Assembly: GCA_964534125.1 (NCBI GenBank)
Contig: CAZHOJ010000004.1
Location: forward strand, 231,436 to 295,435
DNA: 64,000 nt
Source of the DNA: an uncultured Ignavibacteriaceae bacterium
GTDB taxonomy: Bacteria > Bacteroidota > Ignavibacteria > UBA10030
Reading direction: 5' to 3'
Shown here: in pieces, positions 18,578 through 28,200 of the stretch
Layout of the letters: every line of letters starts with the position of its first letter
Position numbering within the stretch: position 1 is the first letter of the stretch
The notes under the pieces: generated by a model
Told to the model about the DNA's origin: nothing
What the model saw: the letters and a program-made list of their open reading frames with translations, nothing else
Database searches by the model: none
Program-made: the position numbers and the translations under genes

Positions 18578-19360
18578 TCAGGCCTTTCCAAGGCGCTCGC
18601 AGATGATGCGGACACCGTCAAGCACGAGGTTCGGCTCGAGATACTGCAGGGCTTTCGAATGGTCAAAGACGAATTGTGAGAACCCTCCGGTCCCGATGAT
18701 CGTCGGATCGGCACCCTCCGATACGCGAAGAACGTCTTTCAAACGACGCACCATCCCCTCCGTTGCATCGAGCGCTCCGTACAGGATCCCTGCCTGCATG
18801 CTGCTGACGGTATCTTTCGCGATCAGGGAAGCAGGAAGGGTGAGTTCCACCCGCGGAAGCCGTGCAGCACGGCGGTGCAGGTCTGCGGCTGATGTTTCCA
18901 CGCCGGGCGCAATGACCCCTCCAAGATAATCCCCGTTCGAGGCGACGATGTCGTATGTCGTGGCCGTTCCGAAATCCACAATGATGAGTGGTCCGCCGTA
19001 TTTCGCATATCCGGCGACGGCATTGCACAATCTGTCCGCGCCGACAGCCATCGGATCCTCATACCGTATGGCAATGCCCAGGTCGAGCGAGCCATCGATG
19101 ATCGTCGGCCTGACCCTGAACAGCGACGAGGCGATATTGGCGTAGATGTCTGTCGCAGCGGGGACGACAGAGGAGATACCGATGGACGATATGGCATCTG
19201 CCGCGATCGAGAGGGCAGACAGCCGAGTTGTGAACGCCGGGCCGATCGCATCATCGGTCATGTGGTCGATGGTAACCATCCGCCAGTCCGCACGGAGGGC
19301 TGGGCCGTCGTACACGGCCGCGACAGTGTGGGTATTACCGATATCGATCGCGAGGAACAT
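18578..19360 (-). CDS. coaX: Type III pantothenate kinase
   Basis: MFLAIDIGNTHT...IIVDFGTATTYD...GTGGFS acetate/sugar-kinase fold typical of CoaX. Confidence 0.9.
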   Translation of the reverse strand: MFLAIDIGNTHTVAAVYDGPALRADWRMVTIDHMTDDAIGPAFTTRLSALSIAADAISSIGISSVVPAATDIYANIASSLFRVRPTIIDGSLDLGIAIRYEDPMAVGADRLCNAVAGYAKYGGPLIIVDFGTATTYDIVASNGDYLGGVIAPGVETSAADLHRRAARLPRVELTLPASLIAKDTVSSMQAGILYGALDATEGMVRRLKDVLRVSEGADPTIIGTGGFSQFVFDHSKALQYLEPNLVLDGVRIICERLGKA

Positions 19361-19366
19361 GGCTTT

Positions 19367-20224
19367 CTACGGATTGTCGATGCGTGTGGTAGTGCGTGAG
19401 ACGGTCACATCTCCTTCAAAGAACGTCCGAAGACCATCCTCCGTCTGAAGAAGGAGTCCGCCGTCCTTACTGAGTCCGAGAGCAGTCCCCCGGACCAGGC
19501 CTGATCCGGTATGCAGCTCAATGGTGCTGCCAAACGTCGTACAGCGGCTCGTCCAGTTCTCCACCACTGCCGTATCGCTGTGCGACCGTATCTGCCGGAA
19601 CAAGGCCTCCATGCTCTCCATGATGCTGTGAAAGACAGGGACCCGATCGATCGGATGTCCCAGTTCGTTCTTGAGCGAGGTAGCGGATGATGAGAGCTCG
19701 GGTGGGAAGTCCGTTTGATTCACATTGATACCGATACCGGCAACGATAAAGCCGCCAGACGGATCATCGCTCCCCTCCAGCAGCATCCCTGATACCTTCC
19801 GGTCATTCAGGAGGAGATCGTTGGGCCACTTGGAGCGGAGGTGGACATCGATGGCGCGGTCGATCCCTCCTGCGACTGCTTCCGAGACATAGTAGGACAC
19901 CCAGGGGAGATGGCGGTCAGAGATGTTCCGGAGGACCACGGAGAACATCAGGTTGTCGCCCGGGTGGTCGATCCATGAACGTCCGTGGCGCCCCCTCCCG
20001 GCGGTCTGGTGCTCTGCCCAGACGACCGTACCCTCATCGGCACCTGCATCGGCAAGTGCTTTCGCACAGCTGTTCGTAGAATCGATCTCTTCAAAGAAGA
20101 AGAGGGCCTGCCCAAAGGTCTTTGTTGGCAGGCCTGCGAGGACCTGTTCTTTTGTGAGCGCGGCTCTCACGGCGCCGGCGGTGGATTCGTGTCGAGCCCT
20201 TCCGGCCTGTTCGCGACCGTCCAT
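19367..20224 (-). CDS. birA: Biotin--[acetyl-CoA-carboxylase] ligase
   Basis: GRGRHGRSW and KWPNDLLLNDRKVSGMLLE BPL motifs, directly upstream of coaX (a conserved pairing). The annotated start overlaps the upstream peptidase gene by 57 nt, so the true start may be an alternative codon. Confidence 0.85.
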   Translation of the reverse strand: MDGREQAGRARHESTAGAVRAALTKEQVLAGLPTKTFGQALFFFEEIDSTNSCAKALADAGADEGTVVWAEHQTAGRGRHGRSWIDHPGDNLMFSVVLRNISDRHLPWVSYYVSEAVAGGIDRAIDVHLRSKWPNDLLLNDRKVSGMLLEGSDDPSGGFIVAGIGINVNQTDFPPELSSSATSLKNELGHPIDRVPVFHSIMESMEALFRQIRSHSDTAVVENWTSRCTTFGSTIELHTGSGLVRGTALGLSKDGGLLLQTEDGLRTFFEGDVTVSRTTTRIDNP

Positions 20225-21732
20225 GAGGTGGCATACACGAGACGGGCGATCATCGCCATTCTTTCGTACAGGATCTTGTCTGGCGTGTCCGTCGGCCGAT
20301 GATAGTCAGGATGGGTGCCCGTGAAGAAGAACGTCACAGGGACGCCGTTCTTCGCGAAGTTGTAGTGGTCGCTTCGGTAGTAGAACCGGTTGGGATCGTT
20401 GTCGTCATTGTACGTGTAGTCAAGATGGAGTTTGACGGTCCGGTCGTTCGCATCGCGAAGGATGGCATCGAGGTCCTTGCTGATCTTGTCGGACCCGATG
20501 ACATAGACGTACATCGAATCGTTGTTCTCCATGTACTCGTACCCGATGCGGCCGATCATGTCGATGTTCAGGTTCGCGACCGTCTTCTCAAGAGGGAAGA
20601 CAGGATTGTCGGTGTAGTATCCCGAGCCGAGCAGGCCCTTCTCTTCTCCCGTCACGGTCATGAACAGGATGCTCCGTTTGGGCCTGACGCCGTTCTGCAC
20701 ATAGGCCTCGGCAAGCTCGAGGATGGTCACCGTTCCGGAGCCGTCATCGTCGGCGCCGTTGTACACGGTCCCGTCCGGCAACGCTCCGTCATGATCGTAA
20801 TGGGCTGTCAGTACGACGACCTCGTTCCTGAGATCCGGGTCGGACCCTTCGAGGAAGCCGAGGACATTCTCGGTCGGCAGCACGTCGGCGCGGACGGCAT
20901 TTCGGATCGTGATCTTCTGCTCGTCGAGAAATATCGGCGTGAAGGAGGAATCCTCCATCGCGCGAGCGTAGAGTTCCGGGTATGACACACCAGCACCTGC
21001 AAGAAGGGATTCCGCAAGCGGTGGAGCGGCAAAGATGCGCATCCCGGACGCACCGCGCCGTCGGCTTGATTGCGGGACATCGGTCCTGCGCATCGACTTT
21101 CGCGGGGATGTGCCGAAACGCTGACTGATGTTATCGTATGACGAGGGTCCTTCGGCGTCGAGGATCGTGATCGATGCGAACACTCCTTCATCCCGGCGCG
21201 AAGAAAACAAGCGCGACATTCTGCCCCGGTCTGTGGTATCATTCGTCTGCTCGCGCGTGCCGGCAAATGTAATGACGATCCTGCCGGCTATCTTATCTGC
21301 GTAGGACGGATCGATGTACGAATCGGCGAATCCTAAGAAGACCGCGGGAGCGGTGAAGCTGGTGTCGGTCTGGGATGCGGTGACGTAGTCCTTCCCGAAA
21401 TCAAATGTCTTTCCATCGATAGAGATAGAGGAGTTCGCAGCATCGAGCTGCGTGACCTGGACATCGAAGCGCTGAAAGTGCGTGCCATCGTCCCCAACCG
21501 GCTTCAGGCCGAGACTGCGGAAGTGGTCAGCAATGTACTTCGCGGCCATTTTCTGGCCCTCCATTGCGGTCTCCCTGCCCAGGAACTCATCAGAAGCGAT
21601 GATATAGAGGTGCCTGCTGAGGTCGGCAGCCGAGATGGACGTGTAGCCCTTCAAAGCCAAAGGATCGATGTCCTGTGCCGGGGCCAGGTGGACCAGGAGC
21701 AACACTGCAGCCAAAGCCTCAATGATTCTCAT
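20167..21732 (-). CDS. M28-family aminopeptidase (PA domain), secreted
   Basis: Signal peptide MRIIEALAAVLLLVHLAPAQ preceded by GGAGGAG. TAHYDHDG, GADDDGSG, GEEKGLLGS and DMIG zinc-peptidase motifs. Confidence 0.85.
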   Translation of the reverse strand: MRIIEALAAVLLLVHLAPAQDIDPLALKGYTSISAADLSRHLYIIASDEFLGRETAMEGQKMAAKYIADHFRSLGLKPVGDDGTHFQRFDVQVTQLDAANSSISIDGKTFDFGKDYVTASQTDTSFTAPAVFLGFADSYIDPSYADKIAGRIVITFAGTREQTNDTTDRGRMSRLFSSRRDEGVFASITILDAEGPSSYDNISQRFGTSPRKSMRRTDVPQSSRRRGASGMRIFAAPPLAESLLAGAGVSYPELYARAMEDSSFTPIFLDEQKITIRNAVRADVLPTENVLGFLEGSDPDLRNEVVVLTAHYDHDGALPDGTVYNGADDDGSGTVTILELAEAYVQNGVRPKRSILFMTVTGEEKGLLGSGYYTDNPVFPLEKTVANLNIDMIGRIGYEYMENNDSMYVYVIGSDKISKDLDAILRDANDRTVKLHLDYTYNDDNDPNRFYYRSDHYNFAKNGVPVTFFFTGTHPDYHRPTDTPDKILYERMAMIARLVYATSWTVANRPEGLDTNPPPAP

Positions 21733-21936
21733 GAAATTCTCCTCCGTGAAAGCCACTCAACATATGTAACGATGGACTTGCATTCAACGGGGACATTCTG
21801 CTAAAGTTGCAGGAACTCCTGACAAAATGTTGAAATACCATGACATACGACTGCCATAATGACAGATGGTTTGACATGCAAATGACCCGCATGTTGAGAA
21901 AACGTCGATTTTTAGTTGTTTTCGACGGTTTTTTCG

Positions 21937-21953
21937 CTGGCACGAGAGTTGGG
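21937..21953 (+). promoter_or_regulatory. Sigma-54-type -24/-12 promoter candidate (TGGCACG-N4-TTGG) upstream of the hsp20 cluster
   Basis: cTGGCACGagagTTGGg at 21937-21953 with correct GG-to-GC spacing (-12 is GG instead of GC). About 55 nt upstream of the Hsp20 ATG. Preceded by a CGTCGA/TCGACG hairpin plus T6 (21903-21934). Confidence 0.4.
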
Positions 21954-22007
21954 AGTATCAGCGTAGAAAATCACAGACATCCAATCCAATATTCAAGGAA
22001 TAGTGCA

Positions 22008-22400
22008 ATGCTGATCCACTTTGAACTCCCGGCAGAACTTGAGACGGTTGTCAACAGCGTCCCGGGACGGCGTATTCTCTCCCGCGTTCCGGTCGATGTC
22101 ATGCAGTCGGAGCAGGGAACGACGGTCCAGGCAGAGCTTCCCGGCGTCCGCAAGGATGATATCCAGATCACCTTCGAGGATGAGGTCCTGACGATCTCCG
22201 GTAAGCGGGCCGAGAAGGCCATCCCGGCAGATGCCCGGGTCCTGCTCCATGAGCAACGGACCCGCGAATTTCATCGTTCGATCATGATCGGACATCCGGT
22301 GGAACAGGATGCCATGACGGCATCGCTCGAGAGCGGACTGCTGACCGTGGAACTGCCGAAGGCAGCCGCGGCCCGGCCGAGGACAATTGCGATCAAGTAG
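22008..22400 (+). CDS. Hsp20/alpha-crystallin small heat shock protein (paralog 1)
   Basis: 130 aa with an ACD core (VDVMQSEQGTTVQAELPGVRKDDIQITFEDEVLTISGKR...GLLTVELPK). AAGGA RBS. The ORF-track ORF starts earlier, at 21840. Confidence 0.85.
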   Translation: MLIHFELPAELETVVNSVPGRRILSRVPVDVMQSEQGTTVQAELPGVRKDDIQITFEDEVLTISGKRAEKAIPADARVLLHEQRTREFHRSIMIGHPVEQDAMTASLESGLLTVELPKAAAARPRTIAIK

Positions 22401-22414
22401 CAGGCGAGGATAGT

Positions 22415-22813
22415 ATGAGTCAGGAGAATCACATCAGGGTCGAGACGAGCGGAAGCTCGCTTCCGGTGAAGCAGGGACACACCCTGACGCTGAAAGCAAG
22501 CCCGGTCGCAGATATCTATGAGACACATGAAGCCTTCGTCGTCGCCCTCGATCTTCCGGGCGCACAGAAGGAGAATATCCAGGTCATCGTCGAACCCGGT
22601 TCATTATCGGTCCGTGCGACGGTCCTTCCGCGCGCCGCAACCGCAGGCCGCATGATCCACCGGGAGATCGGCTGGAACGCGTACGAACGGTCGTTCCGGC
22701 TCGGCCCGGGCATCGACGAGGAGGCCATCAGGGCTGAGTATGAGGATGGCGTGCTGATGGTCGTTCTTCCGAAGACCGAGGACTCCAGGGCACGTCAGAT
22801 CAGAATCACGTAA
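22415..22813 (+). CDS. Hsp20/alpha-crystallin small heat shock protein (paralog 2)
   Basis: ADIYETHEAFVVALDLPGAQKENIQVIVEPGSLSVRA...GVLMVVLPK. Confidence 0.85.
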   Translation: MSQENHIRVETSGSSLPVKQGHTLTLKASPVADIYETHEAFVVALDLPGAQKENIQVIVEPGSLSVRATVLPRAATAGRMIHREIGWNAYERSFRLGPGIDEEAIRAEYEDGVLMVVLPKTEDSRARQIRIT

Positions 22814-22841
22814 TCAACACGCAATCACTCAACAGGAGGGC

Positions 22842-23315
22842 ATGCCAATGTCACTGATTCGTTGGAATCCCACACGAGACCTGAGCTCGTGGCCCTCTGA
22901 AGTGTCAGGATTTCAGAGGGAAATGAACAAGCTGTTCGATTCGTTCTTCCGCGGCAACTGGCAGGACCAGGAGACATCTCTTTCGGTCTGGACGCCGGCG
23001 GTGGACATCACGGAGCAGGAGGACGCCTACCGCGTCAACGTCGAGCTCCCGGGCGTGGACAAGAACGATGTTTCTATCACGCTCGAGTCGAACATCCTCA
23101 CGATCCGTGGTACCAAGAAGCAGGAGAAGGAAGAGAAGGGCAAGGAATACCACCGCGTCGAGCGGTCCTATGGCAGCTTCCATCGCTCCTTCACGCTTCC
23201 GACCTCCGTCCAGGCGGACAAAATAGATGCTGTCTTCAAGGATGGCATCCTGAACGTCACACTGCCGAAGGCGGAGGAGGCAAAGCCGAAACAGATCGAG
23301 GTCAAGGTAAAGTAA
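22842..23315 (+). CDS. Hsp20/alpha-crystallin small heat shock protein (paralog 3)
   Basis: VDITEQEDAYRVNVELPGVDKNDVSITLESNILTIRGTKK...GILNVTLPKAEEAK. Confidence 0.88.
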   Translation: MPMSLIRWNPTRDLSSWPSEVSGFQREMNKLFDSFFRGNWQDQETSLSVWTPAVDITEQEDAYRVNVELPGVDKNDVSITLESNILTIRGTKKQEKEEKGKEYHRVERSYGSFHRSFTLPTSVQADKIDAVFKDGILNVTLPKAEEAKPKQIEVKVK

Positions 23316-23321
23316 ATCACA

Positions 23322-23380
23322 CCGTGCACCGCGCCTGGCGGCCCTCCTCGTGATGGTCCAGGCGCAGGTGTTGCACACGG
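23322..23380 (+). promoter_or_regulatory. Imperfect inverted repeat between hsp20-3 and dnaK that overlaps a sigma-54-like -24/-12 motif (aGGCgCa-N4-TTGCA, 23359-23375)
   Basis: 5' arm CCGTGCACCGCGCCTGG (23322-23338) and 3' arm CCAGGCGCAGGTGTTGCACACGG (23358-23380). TTGCA is a perfect -12 element with correct spacing to GG. About 65 nt upstream of the dnaK ATG. Confidence 0.35.
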
Positions 23381-23439
23381 AGCTTCGCGGACCATGGTTC
23401 CCGCCGGTCTGCGGTACACAGAAGGAAGGATAGATACTC

Positions 23440-25386
23440 ATGGCAGAAAAGACAGGAAAGATCATCGGGATCGACCTTGGAACGACGAACTCCGTCGTCG
23501 CGGTCATGGAGGGGAATGACCCCATCGTCATCGCGAATGCGGAGGGGGCACGGACGACCCCGTCCGTCGTTGCGTTCACAAAGTCGGGGGACAGGCTCGT
23601 CGGTGCTGCCGCGAAGCGCCAGGCTGTCACCAACGCAAAGAATACCGTCTTCTCCATCAAGCGGTTCATGGGACGCTTTTTCAACGAGGTCACCGAAGAG
23701 AACAAGATGGTCCCGTACGACGTGATCCAGGGGGAGAACAACACAGCTCGAGTCAAGATCGACGACAGGATCTATTCCCCGCCGGAGATCTCGGCGATGG
23801 TGCTCCAGAAAATGAAGCAAACGGCTGAGGATTACCTGGGTACAACGGTGACGGATGCGGTCATTACCGTCCCGGCGTATTTCAACGACGCACAGCGACA
23901 GGCCACGAAGGAAGCGGGCGAGATCGCAGGATTGAACGTGCGAAGGATCGTGAACGAGCCGACAGCAGCGGCGCTGGCCTACGGACTCGACAAGAAGCAT
24001 CAGAACGTCAAGGTGGCCGTGTTCGACCTGGGTGGCGGAACCTTCGATGTTTCGATCCTCGATCTCGGGGAGGGCGTTTTCGAGGTCAAATCCACCAACG
24101 GCGACACACACCTTGGCGGCGACAACTTCGACATGCGCGTCCTGGAGTGGATCGCTGACGAGTTCAAGAAGTCCGATGGTATCGACCTGCGCAAGGACCC
24201 GATGGCTCTCCAGCGCCTGCGTGAGGCGGCCGAGAAGGCAAAGATGGAGCTCTCGCAGCTCCAGCAGACCGAGATCAATCTGCCGTTCATCACAGCAACG
24301 GCCGATGGGCCGAAGCACCTGAATCTCACGTTGTCGCGCTCGAAGTTCGAGCAGCTCGTCGATGACCTCGTGCAGCGATGCGTTGGTCCGACGAAGAAGG
24401 CGATCCAGGACGCCGGGCTGTCAGCATCCGAGATTGATGACATCATCCTCGTCGGCGGCATGACCCGTGTCCCGCGTGTCCAGCAGCTGGTCAAAGAGCT
24501 GTTCGGGAAGGAAGGGCACAAGGGGGTGAACCCTGACGAGGTCGTCGCCGTGGGCGCGGCCATCCAGGGAGGCGTCCTTGCCGGCGATGTTACGGATGTG
24601 CTGCTCCTCGACGTCACGCCGCTGACGCTCGGCATCGAGACGCTCGGCGGGGTGATGACACAGATGATCACGGCGAACACGACCATTCCGACAAAGAAGA
24701 GCGAGATCTTCTCGACGGCATCGGACAGTCAACCGTCCGTCGAGATCAATATCCTCCAGGGCGAACGCCCGATGGCACAGGACAACAGGACGCTCGGCCG
24801 GTTCCATCTGGACGGCATCCCGCCGGCGCCGCGCGGTGTGCCGCAGATCGAGGTCACGTTCGATATCGATGCCAACGGCATCCTGCACGTCCATGCCAAG
24901 GACAAGGCGACGAACAAAGAACAGAGCATCCGCATCACATCCTCCAGCGGCCTCAGCAAGGAAGAGGTCGAGAAGATGAAGGCAGATGCCGCTTCCCACG
25001 CCGCAGAGGACAAGAAGAAGAAAGAGGACGCCGAGGTGAAGAACCAGGCAGACTCGCTCGCCTTCCAGACCCGCAAGCAGATGACGGAGATGGGGGACAA
25101 GATCCCTGCGGACGTCAAATCGAAGCTCGAGACAGCGACCTCTGCCCTCGAAGAGGCCGTAAAGTCTGGCAACATCGTGGACATGAAGGCGAAGACCGAG
25201 GCACTGAACGCGCTCTGGAACGAGGCATCGAGTAAGATGTACGAGGCCGTGAAGAACCAGGGGGGAGCACAGGGCCAGGCACCCGGAGCGGAACAGCCCG
25301 GCCAGGCGGGCGGTCAGCAGTCGGCGGATGGCAAAAAGGTCGAGAACGCTGACTATGAAGTGATGGATGACGACGACAAGAAGTAA
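23440..25386 (+). CDS. dnaK: Molecular chaperone DnaK (Hsp70)
   Basis: [26 protein letters not shown] and [11 protein letters not shown] signatures; 648 aa. Confidence 0.97.
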   Translation: MAEKTGKIIGIDLGTTNSVVAVMEGNDPIVIANAEGARTTPSVVAFTKSGDRLVGAAAKRQAVTNAKNTVFSIKRFMGRFFNEVTEENKMVPYDVIQGENNTARVKIDDRIYSPPEISAMVLQKMKQTAEDYLGTTVTDAVITVPAYFNDAQRQATKEAGEIAGLNVRRIVNEPTAAALAYGLDKKHQNVKVAVFDLGGGTFDVSILDLGEGVFEVKSTNGDTHLGGDNFDMRVLEWIADEFKKSDGIDLRKDPMALQRLREAAEKAKMELSQLQQTEINLPFITATADGPKHLNLTLSRSKFEQLVDDLVQRCVGPTKKAIQDAGLSASEIDDIILVGGMTRVPRVQQLVKELFGKEGHKGVNPDEVVAVGAAIQGGVLAGDVTDVLLLDVTPLTLGIETLGGVMTQMITANTTIPTKKSEIFSTASDSQPSVEINILQGERPMAQDNRTLGRFHLDGIPPAPRGVPQIEVTFDIDANGILHVHAKDKATNKEQSIRITSSSGLSKEEVEKMKADAASHAAEDKKKKEDAEVKNQADSLAFQTRKQMTEMGDKIPADVKSKLETATSALEEAVKSGNIVDMKAKTEALNALWNEASSKMYEAVKNQGGAQGQAPGAEQPGQAGGQQSADGKKVENADYEVMDDDDKK

Positions 25387-25427
25387 CGCGCGGCCGTTCT
25401 TCCATCCATAGAGCGATCCAACGCAGA

Positions 25428-25458
25428 AGGCGAGGGCTGATCCTCGCCTTTTGTGTCT
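25428..25458 (+). terminator. Rho-independent terminator after dnaK
   Basis: AGGCGAGG-GCTGAT-CCTCGCCT stem-loop (8 bp) followed by TTTTGTGTCT. Confidence 0.6.
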
Positions 25459-25476
25459 CAGAAAGAGCACGAACAC

Positions 25477-28098
25477 ATGAACTTCAACACATTCACGATA
25501 AAATCGCAGGAAGCTGTACAGGCGGCCAACGACATCGCCACATCCTACGGGCATCAGGTGATCGAGCCGGAACACCTGCTCGCTGCGCTTGTCCAGAGCG
25601 CAGAGGGGATCGTCATTCCCATCCTGCAGAAGGCCGGCGCGAACGTCAGCTATGTGAAGATCAAGATCGCCGAACTGCTCGAAAAGCTCCCGAAGGTCGA
25701 AGGGGCCGCGACAGGGCAGGTCCACATCTCGCAGGCACTCGGACGACTGTTCGAGCGGGCCCAGAAGGAAGCGAAGAGCCTGTCCGACCAATATGTCAGC
25801 ACAGAACATCTGCTGCTGGGATTCATGGATGATTCCTCCAGCGCAGGAAGGCTTCTGAAGGACCAGGGACTTTCGAAGGACCTCCTCCTGAAGGCGGTGA
25901 AGGAGATCCGGGGGTCGCAGCGTGTGACGGACCAGACCCCAGAGGAGAAGTATCTGTCGCTCCAGCGGTTCGGGCGTGATCTGAATGCTCTGGCCCGGCA
26001 GGGAAAGCTGGATCCGGTGATCGGCCGTGAGGATGAGATCCGGCGGGTCCTGCAGGTCCTGTCGAGGCGCACGAAGAACAATCCTGTGCTGATCGGGGAG
26101 CCCGGCGTCGGTAAGACCGCCATCGCCGAGGGCATCGCATTCCGAATCATGCAAGGAGACGTCCCTGAGAGCCTGAAGACGAAGTCGATCGTCGCGCTCG
26201 ACATGGGATCGCTCGTGGCCGGCACATCGTTCCGCGGACAGTTCGAGGAGAGGCTGAAGGCCGTCCTCAAAGAGGTCACCGAATCCAACGGGGAGATCAT
26301 TCTGTTCATCGATGAGCTCCACACGCTGGTCGGCGCCGGTGCGGCCCAGGGATCTGTCGATGCAGCGAACATGCTGAAGCCCGCGCTCGCCCGCGGAGAC
26401 CTTCGTGCCATCGGCGCCACGACGATCGACGAATATCGCAAGCATATCGAGAAGGACCCGGCCCTGGAACGGCGCTTCCAGCCGGTGCTGGTCGAGGAGC
26501 CCACGGTCGAAGACACCATCTCCATCCTGCGGGGGCTGAAGGACAGGTACGAGGTGCACCATGGGGTCCGCATCACGGATGGCGCCATCGTGGCCGCGGC
26601 ACAGTTGAGTCACCGGTACATCGCAGACCGGTTCCTGCCGGACAAGGCCATCGACCTGGTGGATGAAGCTGCCTCGAAGCTGCGGATCGAGATCGACTCG
26701 ATGCCCGAAGAGCTCGATTCCATCGAGCGGCGTATCAAACAGCTCGAGATCGAGCGCGAGGCGGTCAAGCGGGAAAAGGACGAATCCTCTGCGGAGCATC
26801 TGGCGGAGATCGAACGGGAACTTGCGAACCTGAACGATCAGCGAAGCGGCCTGCGAGCCCACTGGTCGACCGAAAAGGAGCTCATCCAGTCGCTCCGTTC
26901 GATGAAGGAAGAGATCGAAGCGGCCCGTACAGAGGCGGAAGAGCGGGAGCGGCAGGGAGACCTCGGGCGTGTCGCCGAACTTCGTTACGGGGTCATCGCA
27001 GACCTGGAGAAACGCCTGAAGGACGTCTCCGCCACTCTCGCGGGCGTGCAGAAGGACAGGAAGATGCTCAAGGAGGAGGTCGAGGCCGATGACATCGCCG
27101 AGATCGTTTCCAAGTGGACGGGGATCCCTGTCCAGCGCATGCTGGAAAGTGAACGTACGAAGCTCCTGAAACTCGAGGACCGGCTGCACAACCGGATCGT
27201 CGGTCAGGAAGATGCTGTGCGTGCGGTGTCCGAGGCCATTCGAAGGGCGCGTGCAGGATTGCAGGATGCTGACAAGCCCATCGGGTCGTTCATCTTTCTC
27301 GGCAGTACCGGCGTCGGAAAGACGGAACTCGCGCGCGCGTTGGCGGAGTTCCTGTTCAACGACGAGTCGGCCATCGTTCGCATCGACATGAGCGAGTACA
27401 TGGAGAAATTCTCAGTATCCAGGCTCATCGGAGCACCTCCGGGATATGTCGGGTATGACGAAGGTGGACAGCTCACAGAGGCGGTACGGCGTCATCCGTA
27501 CTCGGTCGTACTGCTCGATGAGATCGAGAAGGCACATCCTGAGGTGTTCAACGTGTTGCTGCAGGTCCTCGACGAGGGGCGTCTGACAGACAGCAAAGGC
27601 CGGACGGTCAACTTCAGGAACACCATCATCATCATGACCTCGAACCTGGGTTCGCATCTCATCCAGGAAAGGATCAAGGACCTTACGGAAGAGAACCGGG
27701 ACGAGATCATGGGCAACCTGCGTGTCTCTCTGTTCGACATGCTTCGTCAGACGATCCGGCCTGAGTTCCTCAACCGCATCGACGAGGTCATCCTGTTCAA
27801 GCCCCTCACACAGAGCGAGATCCGGCAGATCGTCATCCTGCAGGTCCAGCGTGTGCGGAAGATGCTGGAGGACAAGAACCTCACGCTCCAGATGTCAGAC
27901 GAGGCGCTCGAGTGGCTGGCGAACCGCGGTTATGACCCTTCCTACGGGGCCCGGCCGCTGAAGAGGGTCATTCAGAAGTATGTGGTGAACCCTCTTTCTG
28001 AGAAGATCCTCTCCGGAGCGATCGTGGAGGGAGATGCGGTCTCTGTCCGTCGTGATGACCGGGGCTCGCTCGAGTTCATTCCGGTCGTGAAGGGCTGA
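25477..28098 (+). CDS. clpB: ATP-dependent chaperone ClpB (the GTG at 25453 would extend the N-terminus by 8 aa)
   Basis: Two AAA+ modules (GEPGVGKT..., [19 protein letters not shown]), a coiled-coil middle domain, 873-881 aa. Confidence 0.95.
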   Translation: MNFNTFTIKSQEAVQAANDIATSYGHQVIEPEHLLAALVQSAEGIVIPILQKAGANVSYVKIKIAELLEKLPKVEGAATGQVHISQALGRLFERAQKEAKSLSDQYVSTEHLLLGFMDDSSSAGRLLKDQGLSKDLLLKAVKEIRGSQRVTDQTPEEKYLSLQRFGRDLNALARQGKLDPVIGREDEIRRVLQVLSRRTKNNPVLIGEPGVGKTAIAEGIAFRIMQGDVPESLKTKSIVALDMGSLVAGTSFRGQFEERLKAVLKEVTESNGEIILFIDELHTLVGAGAAQGSVDAANMLKPALARGDLRAIGATTIDEYRKHIEKDPALERRFQPVLVEEPTVEDTISILRGLKDRYEVHHGVRITDGAIVAAAQLSHRYIADRFLPDKAIDLVDEAASKLRIEIDSMPEELDSIERRIKQLEIEREAVKREKDESSAEHLAEIERELANLNDQRSGLRAHWSTEKELIQSLRSMKEEIEAARTEAEERERQGDLGRVAELRYGVIADLEKRLKDVSATLAGVQKDRKMLKEEVEADDIAEIVSKWTGIPVQRMLESERTKLLKLEDRLHNRIVGQEDAVRAVSEAIRRARAGLQDADKPIGSFIFLGSTGVGKTELARALAEFLFNDESAIVRIDMSEYMEKFSVSRLIGAPPGYVGYDEGGQLTEAVRRHPYSVVLLDEIEKAHPEVFNVLLQVLDEGRLTDSKGRTVNFRNTIIIMTSNLGSHLIQERIKDLTEENRDEIMGNLRVSLFDMLRQTIRPEFLNRIDEVILFKPLTQSEIRQIVILQVQRVRKMLEDKNLTLQMSDEALEWLANRGYDPSYGARPLKRVIQKYVVNPLSEKILSGAIVEGDAVSVRRDDRGSLEFIPVVKG

Positions 28099-28105
28099 GG
28101 AGGCA

Positions 28106-28150
28106 ACCTGTCAGGTCTTTCCTGATATACCATAGAGAGACCTGTCAGGT
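28106..28150 (+). other. 16-bp imperfect inverted repeat 8 nt downstream of the clpB stop (possible U-tract-less terminator or protein site)
   Basis: ACCTGTCAGGTCTTTC ... GAGAGACCTGTCAGGT with a 13-nt AT-rich loop. Confidence 0.3.
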
Positions 28151-28200
28151 GCCGGAAATTTGGAGTACCTTACCGCCTTCTTCACCCCACCAAAGGTCCC

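Noticed and set aside
21733-22007. Searched for CIRCE (TTAGCACTC-N9-GAGTGCTAA) and sigma-32-type (CTTGAAA-N13-15-CCCCAT) heat-shock elements upstream of hsp20/dnaK/clpB
   Set aside because: No CIRCE-like inverted repeat found. The best sigma-32-like candidate (TTGAAA...CCATAAT at about 21829-21859) has an 18-nt spacer, too long to call.
24421-27189. 922-aa minus-strand ORF antisense to dnaK/clpB
   Set aside because: Overlaps two unambiguous chaperone genes; translation is low complexity (L/R/D-rich) with no motifs.
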